This document shows, in pieces, positions 11,727-23,677 of a DNA stretch of 64,000 bases. The notes under the pieces are model-generated. The model saw only the letters and a list, made by a program, of their open reading frames with translations. It was not told the origin of the DNA and did not search any database. Origin of the DNA: Fistulifera solaris (Eukaryota); NCBI GenBank assembly GCA_030295235.1, contig AP026164.1, forward strand, positions 682,001 to 746,000. Reading direction: 5' to 3'. The number at the start of each line of letters is the position of its first letter. Positions within the stretch are counted from its first letter, which is position 1. The translations under genes were made by a program, and so were the position numbers.

Positions 11727-12090
11727 GCAATCTTTTGAGCCAAATGAAGAAGTTCCTCTCGTTACGCCGCCCAGCAGTCAAGTTAGTGCCATTGATGACG
11801 ACGTCTCACAACCATGGATGGTTGTAACACTGACATTCGTTGGAAGTCTCGATGAGATTATGTACTTTCCCGGACTTTTGCTAGGACAATTATTTACAGC
11901 ATGGGAGTTGTGTCTGGGTGCATGTTTGGCGGGATGCATCATGCTCCTTGTGGTGTTGACTTGTCTACGACAAAGTCAACCTTTGATGAACTTTCTGGAT
12001 CGTATCCCATTGTACGCTGTTGTAGCCGTCTTTGCGGTTGTTATGACAGTGCAATCAATTCAGGAATGGGGGTCTGAAATGCGGCATTAG
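11392..12090 (+). CDS. CadD-like (LysE superfamily) 6-TM membrane protein with polyQ loop
   Basis: Two 3-TM halves starting TTLDDCVWLVPF and GSLDEIMYFP, resembling CadD TNIDD/GGDN motifs. Confidence 0.6.
11689..11730 (+). repeat. (CAA/CAG)14 microsatellite encoding polyQ
   Basis: Read directly from the sequence. Confidence 0.95.
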
Positions 12091-12815
12091 CGATCGAGCG
12101 CTGACAAGAGAGACGAAGACAGACTGAAGTGCTTGTTTGTACGAGAGGACGTGAAGGAGCCAAGAGACATCAGGATGTATTCGCAATTTGCTTTAGTGAT
12201 ACGAAAGGGTTTCGGCAAAAAACGACTTATTAGTTACAGACTACTCAAAAGTCCTTGTAAGGCTTCCCGTCAATTGATGAGCTAAAGCTATAAGTCACTT
12301 GATTGATATACTTTGAATGAAATAGTAAGGTTTGACTCGTGACGGAATGCTTTTCAACTTTCAACCGCCTTGAACAAGGAACGCAACCAGCACCGTACGT
12401 AATGATATATGAACTCTGAACCTTTCTGCTATTGCTGTGTAAACATGGTCCATAAACGTTTCCACGGCTGCGATTTTCAGTCATGAGTCACGACGATCCG
12501 AAACTGTTTGCTACCTCACCTGTGCATTCGTTTCACGAGCTTGGCATGCTACATCTTGTTTTCCAAGCGATTTTAATAATTTCAGCATCATTTACAACTC
12601 ACGCCTCGATTCCCAATGTTGGAAAATGTGCTATTTATTTGCATTGGTATTTTCTATAGCCTTAAGTGTTGTCTTGTGACGACTGCGTGTCAGTCCAGGT
12701 CAGTCCGAAAAGTTTTTTTTTTGACAAGGGGTTGTGGGGAGTGGGATTTTTGAGAATCCATAGACTTATTTCGGACTTTACTCTAGTCGAATTGCGAAAA
12801 TTTGAAAATATCAAA

Positions 12816-13158
12816 GCGAACGACGAAACGCGAAAATTATTGAGAATGGTATGGTGACTGGTGACGTACCATGAAAATATGGGCGTGTCGTGTTTTCACT
12901 TGCCCAGAAAATATGGGGGTGTGGTGTTTTCACGTACCCAGAAAATATGGGAGTGTGGTGTTTTCACGTACCCAGAAAATATGGGAGTGTGGTGTTTTCA
13001 CGTACCCAGAAAATATGGATGACTGGTGTTTTCACGTACCCGTAAAATATGGGCGTGTGGTGTTTTCACGTACCCAGAAAATATGGTGTTTTCACGTACC
13101 CGGAAAATATGGGCGTGTGGTGTTTGTGCGAACGACGAAACGCGAAAATTTCTTGAGA
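12816..13158. repeat. 34 bp minisatellite (~8 units) flanked by a 23 bp direct repeat
   Basis: Unit TGGTGTTTTCACGTACCCAGAAAATATGGG(A/C)GTG spans ~12865-13125. GCGAACGACGAAACGCGAAAATT occurs at 12816 and 13128. Confidence 0.92.
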
Positions 13159-13498
13159 AAGACCCTTTTGGCGTCTGCCCATCGCTCACTTCACTCGCGA
13201 GCAATAAAAATCCAAAAAAGCCAACAAGGTCTACCAGCATGGAGTGGTTGCCGAAAATTCAATTGTTGTTCGTATAGACTGTCTTAATAAGTTCTTGGCG
13301 TCTATACTAGCAACCATTGAATGATCTGTTGAGTTCAGAAACCTTTTCATCCACGTTTTCTTTTCCAGTGTATCCAATTCAATGACCTTGCTGTTTCGGT
13401 GGTCAAGCATCACATTACAAACACAGCACGCATTCTTCATCAACATCATGGACACCCCATCGTCCTTCCTGTGATGGTCACTTGCCCCCATCGTTTGC

Positions 13499-13580
13499 CC
13501 AGAAAATCTGTGTGTTTGAAATTTCAGACTTTCCAGAAAATCTGTGTGTTTGAAATTTCAGACTTTCCAGAAAAATCTGG
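13499..13580. repeat. Second 34 bp tandem repeat (2 full copies plus a partial)
   Basis: CCAGAAAATCTGTGTGTTTGAAATTTCAGACTTT twice, then CCAGAAAAATCTG. Confidence 0.9.
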
Positions 13581-13773
13581 GGGACGTCTTACGTGCAATG
13601 AGGAATTATTCCCTTATCATGTCCTTACCAGGTAACCTTACCTTTTCCGCCTATCACGGGCGCTGCCACAATCGCATTGCATGAGTACACTTCTGCGGCA
13701 TCGCACAGCAATACCTTATTTCATTTGATATTTTTTGTTTTTACAAATTGCAATGATTGTGATTTAACGTTCT

Positions 13774-14957
13774 ATGATGAAGCTTCTTCTTCTTCTTCTC
13801 ATCTTGTGTCCGGCTGTAACGGCATGGATACCCCGAAAGGACCCGACACGGGAGAAAGGGTGCACTTATCTTCAGTCGTCCTCGTTGGAGACGAACCATC
13901 TTCTTGGCACTGATTCTTATACACCAGTCTTTCATTTCTCCCGACCCGAGGCCCTTGAGATGATGGGTCGTCTCGATGATGCGATCATGGGAGGTATCAG
14001 TACCAGCAGTCTGGCTTTTTTCTTCCGACGGCTTTACCCGATGGGGCGGGGTATGCCGCACCGATGGTGGAGGATTCTGTGGCTTTCGTTCGAACCCATT
14101 TCGTCAACCTCTTCAAGTGGCCGATGCCGACGGATTTTATCTCATTGGTCGTCTAGCGAGTGATCTGGAACCCGAGAGGCGAGTGTGGAAATTCAGTACC
14201 CGAACCAAACCGGATCGTGGGGAAGTCGTTTATCAGGCACCGTTCTCGTTTCCCAAAAATCAGTCGGCTTGGCATCGTGTGAATATACCGTTTGACGACT
14301 TTTGTTTAGTTCGCGGTCCTCGTATCGTGCCGAATGGTCCTCTTCTGAACACGACCGGAGGTATCTATCAAGTTGGAATGACCATGAGTAAGTTCGTTTT
14401 CGGAACCAATACCACCGAACTGACCGATTTTCGGGATGGATTCTTTGAGGTCCAACTCAAGGAAATTGGCTTATACAAGCGGCAACAACAGTTATCTAAA
14501 AACGAGCTGATAATAAAATCGCCACAAGTTCTTTCCGAGTCGGAGTTCAAGAAGCAACAGCCGCTGATATTAAAGCTTATGGTTCCACTCTTTCGTTTGC
14601 TGTTCTCTGAGTCAAGGTAGGACCTACATTTTTTGAACTGGTCGTTGCGATACTTAGTTGCGCTTACTCGATTTTCGTTATTTGCAAAGTCGACGTCGTA
14701 AATCGGCCATGAGACATTTGAGGGAGCGTCGAGGACTTTCCAGAGGTCGGGCCATTTGGTTGGGCTACGCAATCGAGCCAAAAGCGTTGGCCTTGTCAGA
14801 TCCCCTGATCACCACGATTTCCATTCTTGCAGCGGATTCTCTGAGAATTATTCTGACAATAGCTATTCGTCTTGTTGTGCAGTACCCACTCTTTTTGCTC
14901 GGGAAGGGAATGCGTGTTCTCCGTCGCGAAAAACGAAATCCAGCCACGAGCTTGTAA
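13774..14957 (+). CDS. CIA30 (complex I intermediate-associated protein 30) domain protein with signal peptide
   Basis: RLDDAIMGGISTS, GGGFCGFRS, YQAPF, VNIPFDDF motifs. Signal VTA-WIP; frameshift near 14020; intron ~14617-14689. Confidence 0.75.
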
Positions 14958-15023
14958 ATAAGGTTGTGCTATGATGTTTTTTAATTAGCGGTTATAAGAG
15001 ATTGCTGCTGTGGCTAAGTCAAA

Positions 15024-18000
15024 CTACGGCGCTTTCTTTAAATTCCCCTTGTTTGCTGTAGATGACGAGGGATTGACTCCGTTGTAATTAAAGGGGTTCA
15101 TCCCGAACGCTTGGGGATTGAAAACAGGTCCTCCCGTGTACGTTGGTAAATTAGGAGGAAATTGTGAGACGGGGTTACCATTCAATCCGCCGCCGCGATT
15201 GTAGTTTACCCCATAGCTTTGGTTGAAAACATTAAAACAGTACGGATTGCTGTACGGGCCAAAGTTGATCAATCTATTGCTGTCCTGTGTCTGTGTAGTG
15301 TGGACGCTTTGTACCCCACTACTGCGTTGGCTCGTCAGGGGTGCCAGCGGGTTTGCACTATTGCTAGAGCGCGCTGGAGAAGCCCCCGATGAGGTATGCG
15401 ATTGTCCCACCATAAAATTGTTCAATGACGGAGTCATGCTTGTATTCTGCTTGATTGTATCGGGCTGGGGTGAGCTCGCGGTACCGGGATTCGATGCCTG
15501 TCCATTGATTGCGCTCAACAACAAATCCAAGCCATTCGAACTGGGTTGTTCTTTACTGGTCTGGTCGGCGTGTTCATCTGATCCGACGTCCCCTGTAAGT
15601 TCCTTCGAGTTCTTTGCCTTGCGATTGAAGGGTCTAACGCGCGATAAATTGTCGAGGTTGAGCCATTCGCTGAGTTGTGGGTTTATCCGAGGAAAATGGA
15701 ACAGAGCACGTTTGCCCTTCTCGGTCTGTTCAATTTGCTCGACAACGGCCACGTTCCAACGAAGTGCCCCCTCGCGATGAACATCATAGACATCTGAAAA
15801 TATCGAAATTAGGGTGGCGATCCGGAATCCTGGCAACACTTCGAAACGTAAGCGAGATCCTTACCACCTTCTTCCATTGTCTCCACGTCCACTATTGTGG
15901 GACATCTAGCAGTCTTTAGACTAAAAGCACTGTTGGGCTGCTGGTTGGTCCTCGGCTTGTATGGCTTTATTTTGTTTGTATCAAAGTCGCACCACTCGCT
16001 AACGGGTGGGTTCGTTCTAGGAAAGAAGAATAAAACGCGCTTCCTGTCTTCCGTAAATTCAGATTCTTTTACTACACCAATGCTATAACGCATCAGACTG
16101 TCGCGGAAAACATCAAAAACATCTGCCACATTCAAATTAAGATGACGATTCAATTTAGTCGTAACAACGTCGAACTGTATTCAAATTACTTACCACCCTC
16201 TTCAATAGTCTCCGCATCTACAGTAGAAGGGCACCTAGCTGTCTTCAAACTGAAAGCGCCGTTCTCTTTATTGCTTCTCGGCTTGTATGGCTTGATTTTC
16301 TTTGTGTCGAAATCGCACCATTCGCTAACCTGCGGGTTTGTCCGAGGGAAGAGGAATAAAACGCGCTTCCTGTTCTCAGTAAAATCAATTTCTTTCACCA
16401 CTCCAATGCTAGACCGCATCATACTAGCGCGGTAAACGTTGAAAACGTCTTCAAGCGATCAAAGTAAGTCGGTCCATCTTAAAACTTTGCAAAACGTTCG
16501 AAAAATTTTGCAATACTTACCGCCTTCTTCGATAGTCGCAGCATCTACAGTGACGGGACACCTTGCAGTCTTAATACTGAACACACCGTTCTCCTTGTTG
16601 GCTCTCGGCTTGTAAGGTTTAATCCTATTCGTATCGAAGTCACACCATTCGCTTAGTTGTGAATTCGCCCGCGGAAAGTGAAATAAAACGCGCCTCCTGT
16701 CCCCAGCAAACTCAATTTGCTTTACTACACCCATGCTAGCCCGCTTGACACTCTCGCGGTATACATCAAAAACATCTTGAAACAACGGTTTAGTCGCGCA
16801 TTCTCAGATTCTTTAGTGTCTGGACGTAATCGTTACTTACCACCCACTTCGATTGTCTCTTCATCCACAGTTTGGGGGCACCTTGCAGTCTTTAAATTGA
16901 AAGCGTTGCTCGGTTGCTTGTTGGCTCTAGATTGATAAGGTCTGATTTTCTTTAAGTCGAAGTCATACCATTCGGTGATCTGGGGATTCGCCCTAGGGAA
17001 CCGAAACAAAACGCGTCTTTGGTCGTCCTTTACTTCAGTTTGCACAACTACACCCGTGCTAGTCCGCCTGATGACATCCCGGTACACAGCAAAAACATCT
17101 TTATAGAAGGCAATTGTTAGTTCCGAACGTCAAACAACAAAAAACCCAAGATTACGTCACTTACCACCAACTTTCATGCTTTCATATTCCACAACAACGG
17201 GGCATCTAGAATTCTTCAAACTGAAACCGTCGACAGAATCTCTGCTCTTTCGAGGTCGATGAGTTCTGATTTTTCGACTGTCGAAATCGTGCCACTCACT
17301 GACATTAGTCCTCGGAAAGTGAAATAGAATGCGCTTCCTTTCTTCATCGATGTCTAACCGTTCTACCACACCAACACTAGCACGCGCATCACCATCGCGA
17401 TAAACGTCGAAAGAAACTTAACGTGAAGGAGAAAAAGGTAAGCCAACATTTCGTTCCAGGAAATGATAGTCAAGTTACATACCACCAATCTTGATGTCCT
17501 TTGGATTGACGACGGAGGTAGCATTCGCTTCTTGCTGCCCGATTGTGTCGTAATTGTCGCTTTGAGTCTGCAGAATGGAGTGCTTTGCTTTCTTGGGGAC
17601 ATGTGTGTGCAGCCGAGCTATTCTCTCTGAACCAAAATCAATCCACTCGTCAAATTTTCTTGACAGCTTTGGAAAATGAAATTGAATACGTTTGATTTTA
17701 CCCGAGAAATCGACTTTTGATACGACACCGACTTCATATTTCTCCTTATCATGTCGACGAACGTCAAATCGAGCTGAAAAAACACATAATTAGTCTGTTT
17801 GAGTAAAAACAAAAATTGAAAGGTGAACGTACCTCCAATAGTAAAGCTTTTTTTCGTCAAGAGGTGACGCACTACTGTCTCGTTTTCGCTTCTTTATAGG
17901 AGATCCCTCCACTTTGCCATTCGCATCGACCAGGGAGTCGTTAGCATCCCAATCATCTTCAGGAGCATCACAAGAGTTCGCAAGAGGATTCCAGATGTTA

Positions 18001-21000
18001 TCCTTACAGTAAAATTTCTCAGGCAGTAAGTCCACATCCACATGCCAAGGAATCTTCCGCCATTTCATGCAGTCAGCGCTCTCGCACTGTACCCACGTAG
18101 AAACAGCTTGAGCTGGACGTCCTCTATCAACCGACGAAAGAAGACCACCCACAGAATTTCTCGCTGCTACCTTTTCTTCGGCATCAAGCATATTCAGTAC
18201 ATCATGAATGTTTGACTCGTCACCTGTGACAAGAAAATCTAAAATAGGCGACCCAAATGGTTGCATGCAGCTATTGTCCAGCTTCGACAGCTCTTCACTT
18301 TCTACGGTAAAAGCCTGTCGAATTTCTTCTGGCCACGGACTACCCCTTTGGAATGGATCTTGAAACCATTCGATCAGACGCGGCCGTACCTTTGACTCGT
18401 AAAGGGTCTTTTTCTCTGGTTTACGCCTGCGTTTTGCAATGGAGCTCCTCCAACAACCGTCGATTGAAGGGAGCATAACACAGCCTAAAAAGATCAGGGA
18501 GGCCTTGCTTTTGACCTATACCTCCGTTGTACCATTGCAAGAGTTGAGACAAAACGTAGTCACCTTCGTACCTCACTGTTACACTAGCAACAATGTCATC
18601 GGGTCGACATATCATAGTAGAGTTCTTGTCTTCAAATCTCCTCTCACATATATTCTCGTTCTTTTCATCGGTGATTCTTGAAGCATCAACAACCTCATCG
18701 ATAACAGACAACGGTACGCTATTTCCGATCTCTCTAGCGTAAACGTCGACAGGGCTTGACTCGAGAGGTTGGTACGCTTTCATGGTGAAGAAATTACTTG
18801 TGTGAGCATAGAGAAGAAGCGCATCTGCAGCAGCCTGCAAGGAAAATCTTTGATCGTAATGCAACAACCATGACGAATTTGCAGGGCTTCCGCACGTTTT
18901 CCTAGGTGCACCTTCCTCATCGTTCTTGTGGTTTGACTCGCCTGATCCCTTGTCGCCAATCATATTGTTACTCCCTGATTGAGATTCACTATCCACAGGT
19001 ACACCGATAGATTCCTCTGTCACAACGGCTGGTAAGACCGTTTGGATGTCTCTGGTAATAGCATTGCCACTGGAAACGACGGCAGGTTTGATGACGTTCC
19101 TTTCTTCGGGCGGCAAACCATTATTCTTCCCTTTCCTTAGAATCTGATAGCTCGACACACCGCTTTCATTCTCGACCGAGAAATCTTTTTCCTCGCTGAG
19201 AACGCCAATGGGCGGAGGGCCGTTATCGTCACCGCTTCGGACATCCTCATCAGACAGATCCATATGGTCTGTGGGCAACACAACCGCATTTTCGCCTCTA
19301 TCCGCAGCTCCTTTCGTCAACGACCTTGAGCGACGAAACTCCCTGGCCATATCCTTCAGTTCATCCAATATAATTTCGCGCATATCCAGTAAAGCATTTT
19401 TTAGCTGAAGTCTGCCTTCGATGCCTTTTGACGAAGACGAGCCAGAAACTGTCGTTTCTATTGACGGATCCCTGAAATCTGCAAGAAACGCATACTTCTC
19501 CTTTCGTAACTGATCTAGTCGTTCAATCAATGACGGTCTGGAGGACTGGGCTTCCCTTGCAGAGCGTAGCAGCGTTTGAACTGCCCCCATTTCACTACTC
19601 CACATCCAGTTCACAACGGCTTCATCCGACAATAGAGAAATGGGAGCGTGAATAATTTGGCGCAAAGTCTGCAAATCTGGAGCCGATTTGCCTTCCGTTG
19701 ATGCCTCTAATACACCCTCTCGATGACGGTCCAGTACACGCCCAACTCTATTGAGGCTTTGCGTTAATTGCTGAATGCGTTGCTCCATGGCTGAAACACC
19801 TTCAGCGTCGGCATCTTCAAAAGATATTTTGGACGAAAACAACACATCTTGAATATCTGGACCACCAAAACGTTTTTTCATTCCTTTGTCTCTCTGTTGA
19901 CTTGACTGAACTTTGGACTTGCCGCTCACTTCAGCGCCATCTCGTTTCCGCAGATCCTCGCTCAAAAGCCAAACTTTCTTTTTTTTCCTCGTACTCCGTT
20001 TGTGCACGCTTCTTCCATATATTTTTCTTCTCTTCACTCATCTTCTGCCATAAATTTGAAGCCAACTTTTTTACCGCGCCTTTGAGCTCCAAACCACTCA
20101 GTGATTGGTACACAGGATCTTTTCTTAAAAGAGATAGCAAATAAGTGTTTTCAACTCTCGAGTAACAGAAAAAAGCAGGCTCGCGTCCGGGAGGTTTAGA
20201 CGTCTGCGAAACAGCTATTGCCGGGTCCTTTTCTTGACGAGCCGATGACAGGTGATCACAAATCAGCGAAATTGGCAACGCTCTTCTTTCATACTCGATA
20301 TACCGTAGAGTGTCTGCAACGTAAGTTTTGAGCCAAACTGGAACCAAATCCAACGAATCCATAAGCGAGCTCTTGCCCCCAATAGAAAATTCTACGCGAC
20401 GATTGACACTTATTGCACCAAAGGCAGCCGTGTTGAAACCATGATTTCGCAGGACTCGTTCATCGTCATCTGACATGACTTGCTTCGTCGACCCCTTTAC
20501 CAGATTCGAAAATCTTGTAGCAATCGGTGCGTTTCTGTTCAAGACTTGCTGATAGCAATCGGCGGTCGCGAAATGCAGAAACGACCCGCGACATTTTCCG
20601 TAGCCGCACAAGCACACCGCGGATTTGTATTCATTCAAAGATTCTGTTACTGCGTGGTAATCAAAGGTCAACTCCTCGCCCATTTCAAGTTCACGAAGTG
20701 TTGTCATTGCCAAACACAATTCACCATTCTTAGCTGCTACTCGCACCTCGCAAGTCGGGTCGCAGCTGTGTGAGAGAGAAGAACCGTAGCCAGCCTTTCG
20801 GGACGCATCAACAAACAGTAGACCATAGCCACGAGGATCAATTTGAGGCCGCTCTAGGGCCATGTTGTAAAAATCTGGTAAAGCTGGCTTGAGATTCTTC
20901 CGATCTTGCGTCATCGATATTGCATCCATTTTCTCACCCCATCTCCAAGATGGATAAAGCTCTCCACGGTAGAAAGTTACCAACCTGTTCGCATCAACTT

Positions 21001-23677
21001 GCTGGCTTAGTAAGACAGACCCATGACCTTTGGGATGAATCCGAAAAAATTTGGTCCGAGACAGGATCGAGCCTGTCGTAACTCAAAAGCCGCAGCCTTC
21101 AACCAAGGAGGTGACGCAGCTTCAATTTTTCTGCGGAGAGCAGCACCGAGAATGGTTTGCTGATCACTTTGATCTTGGCAAGGAGCATCGAGAGAGCATT
21201 CGTCATTTTCGTCATTCAGAGGCAGCCCCTCTAAGAGTTTGGCAGCATTCCTAATATCCTGTGCGTACTCGACAGGACATGCATTGATCGCCGGCAGCAA
21301 CCATTTTTCAACAAATTGAAGCGAAGTGCGTGGATCGAATTCAATTTGCAGGCAAGCCGTGATGTTACGCCGGGTGTAGCAATCGATGCCCCAGACAGGT
21401 TGCTCAACAATTTCTGGAGGAGCTTCACTTTCCAACGACTCGTCTTTCGTCGCTCCGTCGTTCATACTTTCATGATTTTCGCGCCTTTTCCAGTTCACGC
21501 TGCTTATTTCTGCTTGGCTCAGTACCTGCTTTTCTGTGAGCACTTTGTCTTGAACACCGATCAAAAGCGATTGCATTGACGCTACAACTTGTGCACGGGT
21601 TACTCCATCATCCGCCGATAAAGCAAGAGCCGCTTGTCTAACCTTGTCTCTAGATTTCCCGTTTAATGCAGTTTCATCAACAACAGACTTCATCCAAGCT
21701 TCGCTCTGGCCGGTATCGTCATAACGATAAGCAAGACCAACAAAACTATCCTTCAAACTTGTTTGTCGCTCGTAGATTGCGATTTCTTTGTCTACCTTCG
21801 AAAGGCCGTCACAAACAGTGTCGGCTGACAATCTTTCATATAAACGTTCGGGAAAAGGGCCTTCTCGATGACTTTGCATCGCTGCCTCCTTGTTCTCGCT
21901 ACGCTCTATAGCAGCTAAGAACTTGTGTACGCCATCTGCAATGGTCATTTCTTGCATCTGCTTACGTCCTGTTCGTTCAAACGCTTGAAGCATTTGCTGA
22001 AACGATATTATAAGGCCAAATCGTTCATTCCGCAAGCTCAATTTTTTCGTCACCCCACTTACCTCTTTTATTTTATTCGCTGCTGCAGTCATTGAAAATG
22101 AATCATTTTGATCGTCTGACTCCCGGTCTATTGCTGTGTCGCACATGGCCAAGACATCGTCGCGAAACCGATCCCAATTAACTCCTAGAGGATGCTTAAC
22201 TCTCGAATTAGGCTGACGCTTCTGAGTTTTCATTCCACCAGTTAGGTAATATCGGCGGGGTTTCTTGTCTAAAGTGTTGTAATAATCTTCCATAATATAA
22301 AAGCGATTGTCTTCCTCAACCTTCTCGCGATTCAAAACATAAAACCCTAGCTCCATGCGCCGTCGAATCATTTTCCAATTCAAAGGAGGAAACTCTGAAA
22401 GGTCGGGAGATGAATCGCCTTTCTTGTCATCAGTCGCTCTTTTAGACAAATGAGGACTGGAAGATTTGACCTCTAATGGTTGCGGAATCGACTTTGTTGG
22501 TGGCAGTGACGTAGATTGAGCGCCTGTCCCACTTTTTTCCGAAAGAATATTTTCTGGTGCACTTTGTCCGCTACCCTCCAATTTGGGAATGACATGAGCC
22601 GTAACATGCGACTCGTCATTTGCACGGTTAGGGCCACCCGCGCTGTCGTCGTCGTTGCCATTATCAGGATCTTCATCCGAGAAAAGTCTGTACTTATCCA
22701 CTTTTTTCTCCAAACGATCGATGATTCTCTCAAACTCTCTGCGGTGCTTCTCGTAAAGATCAAGCGCATGTGAGGACTCATTGGCATCCTTATTCGAACG
22801 AATTTCTTGTGCGTTCTGCTTTGCTTTCGGAACACGTTTCTCTTTTGTACTGGTGTGTTTTTCCTTTACAGCGCTTTGCTTCTCCTTCGCACCACTTTGT
22901 TTTCCCTTTGAAATACCTTTTCTTCTCCTTTGTACCACTTTGCTTTCTCAAATCAGTCACTTTCTCTATCGTGGATCGCTTTGGAAGACTTCTCATGAAC
23001 GTTAAAGGCCGTTTTGTTTCCTGAGGAGCATTCTCCTGTTCCACTTTAATTCTGGCATTTGAAACTTTTTCATGCTCCTCCATCGCTTGTTCAGGTTTTA
23101 CTGGTTCCTGGCTAGACCTGTCAGTGATACTTTCTGCTATCTTCTTGCGTTTCTTATCATCGTCTAGCTTTTTGGCGTCCTCTTCATATGATTCGGGTTT
23201 CCGACGCTTCCTGCTATTTCGTCGTCCTGAATTATCATCGATCATACCTTCCGCGGATGCAGTCGTGTGAACCAGATAGTCTCTTTGAATACGTGACGTT
23301 TTGCCTCCTTGAATGATCCACTCTACCGTATACAGTTGCTCGGTCGCACCGTCGGAAGCCTTATCGTCTACCTCGACAATCCGTCCCAACGATTTGTCGC
23401 GGTCTCGAAGACATTTCATATTCTGTGCACCCCTGGAGTATCAAGTAAGAAAAAACATTCAGCGAAAAAGAAAGAAGCTGAAACATTCATTTACGATAAC
23501 TACTTACACTGTAGACACTCGCACGAGATCTCCCCGTCGGAGAATACCCAAGAGCTTATAATTGTTTGCCGGTGCACTGACGTTTATCTGATTCCCACTG
23601 GACGCGTTGTTCGCAGAGCCAACGAATTTGCTATCTGATTTATCGTCATTGATCGTCGCCTCATTATTGTTCTCCAT
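15024..23677 (-). CDS. ATXR3: Large ATXR3/SDG2-like SET-domain histone lysine methyltransferase with bromo-like, HMG-box, zf-CW and seven C-terminal Tudor/chromo-barrel-like repeats
   Basis: WGIDCYTRRNI, GELYPSWRWGEKMD, PDFYNMALERP, SHSCDPTC, ELTFDYHAVTES, post-SET CLCGYGKCRGSFL match the ATXR3/SDG2 signature. zf-CW WVQCESADCMKWR..FYC..NSC. Assembled over several introns and frameshifts. Confidence 0.82.
15650..17773 (-). repeat. Array of seven homologous domain-encoding exons
   Basis: Exons 17483-17773, 17165-17416, 16841-17098, 16521-16775, 16194-16448, 15865-16122 and terminal exon from 15793. Each encodes approximately FDV.R....(G/A)VV.....R.LFHFP....EW.D(F/L)D. Confidence 0.9.

Noticed and set aside
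12865..13125. CRISPR-like array
   Set aside because: Units are head-to-tail with no unique spacers, there are no cas genes, and the context is eukaryotic. It is a minisatellite.
12871..13287. ORFs with repeated CGVFTYPEN/VFSRT peptides
   Set aside because: By-products of the stop-poor 34-bp repeat cycling through reading frames.
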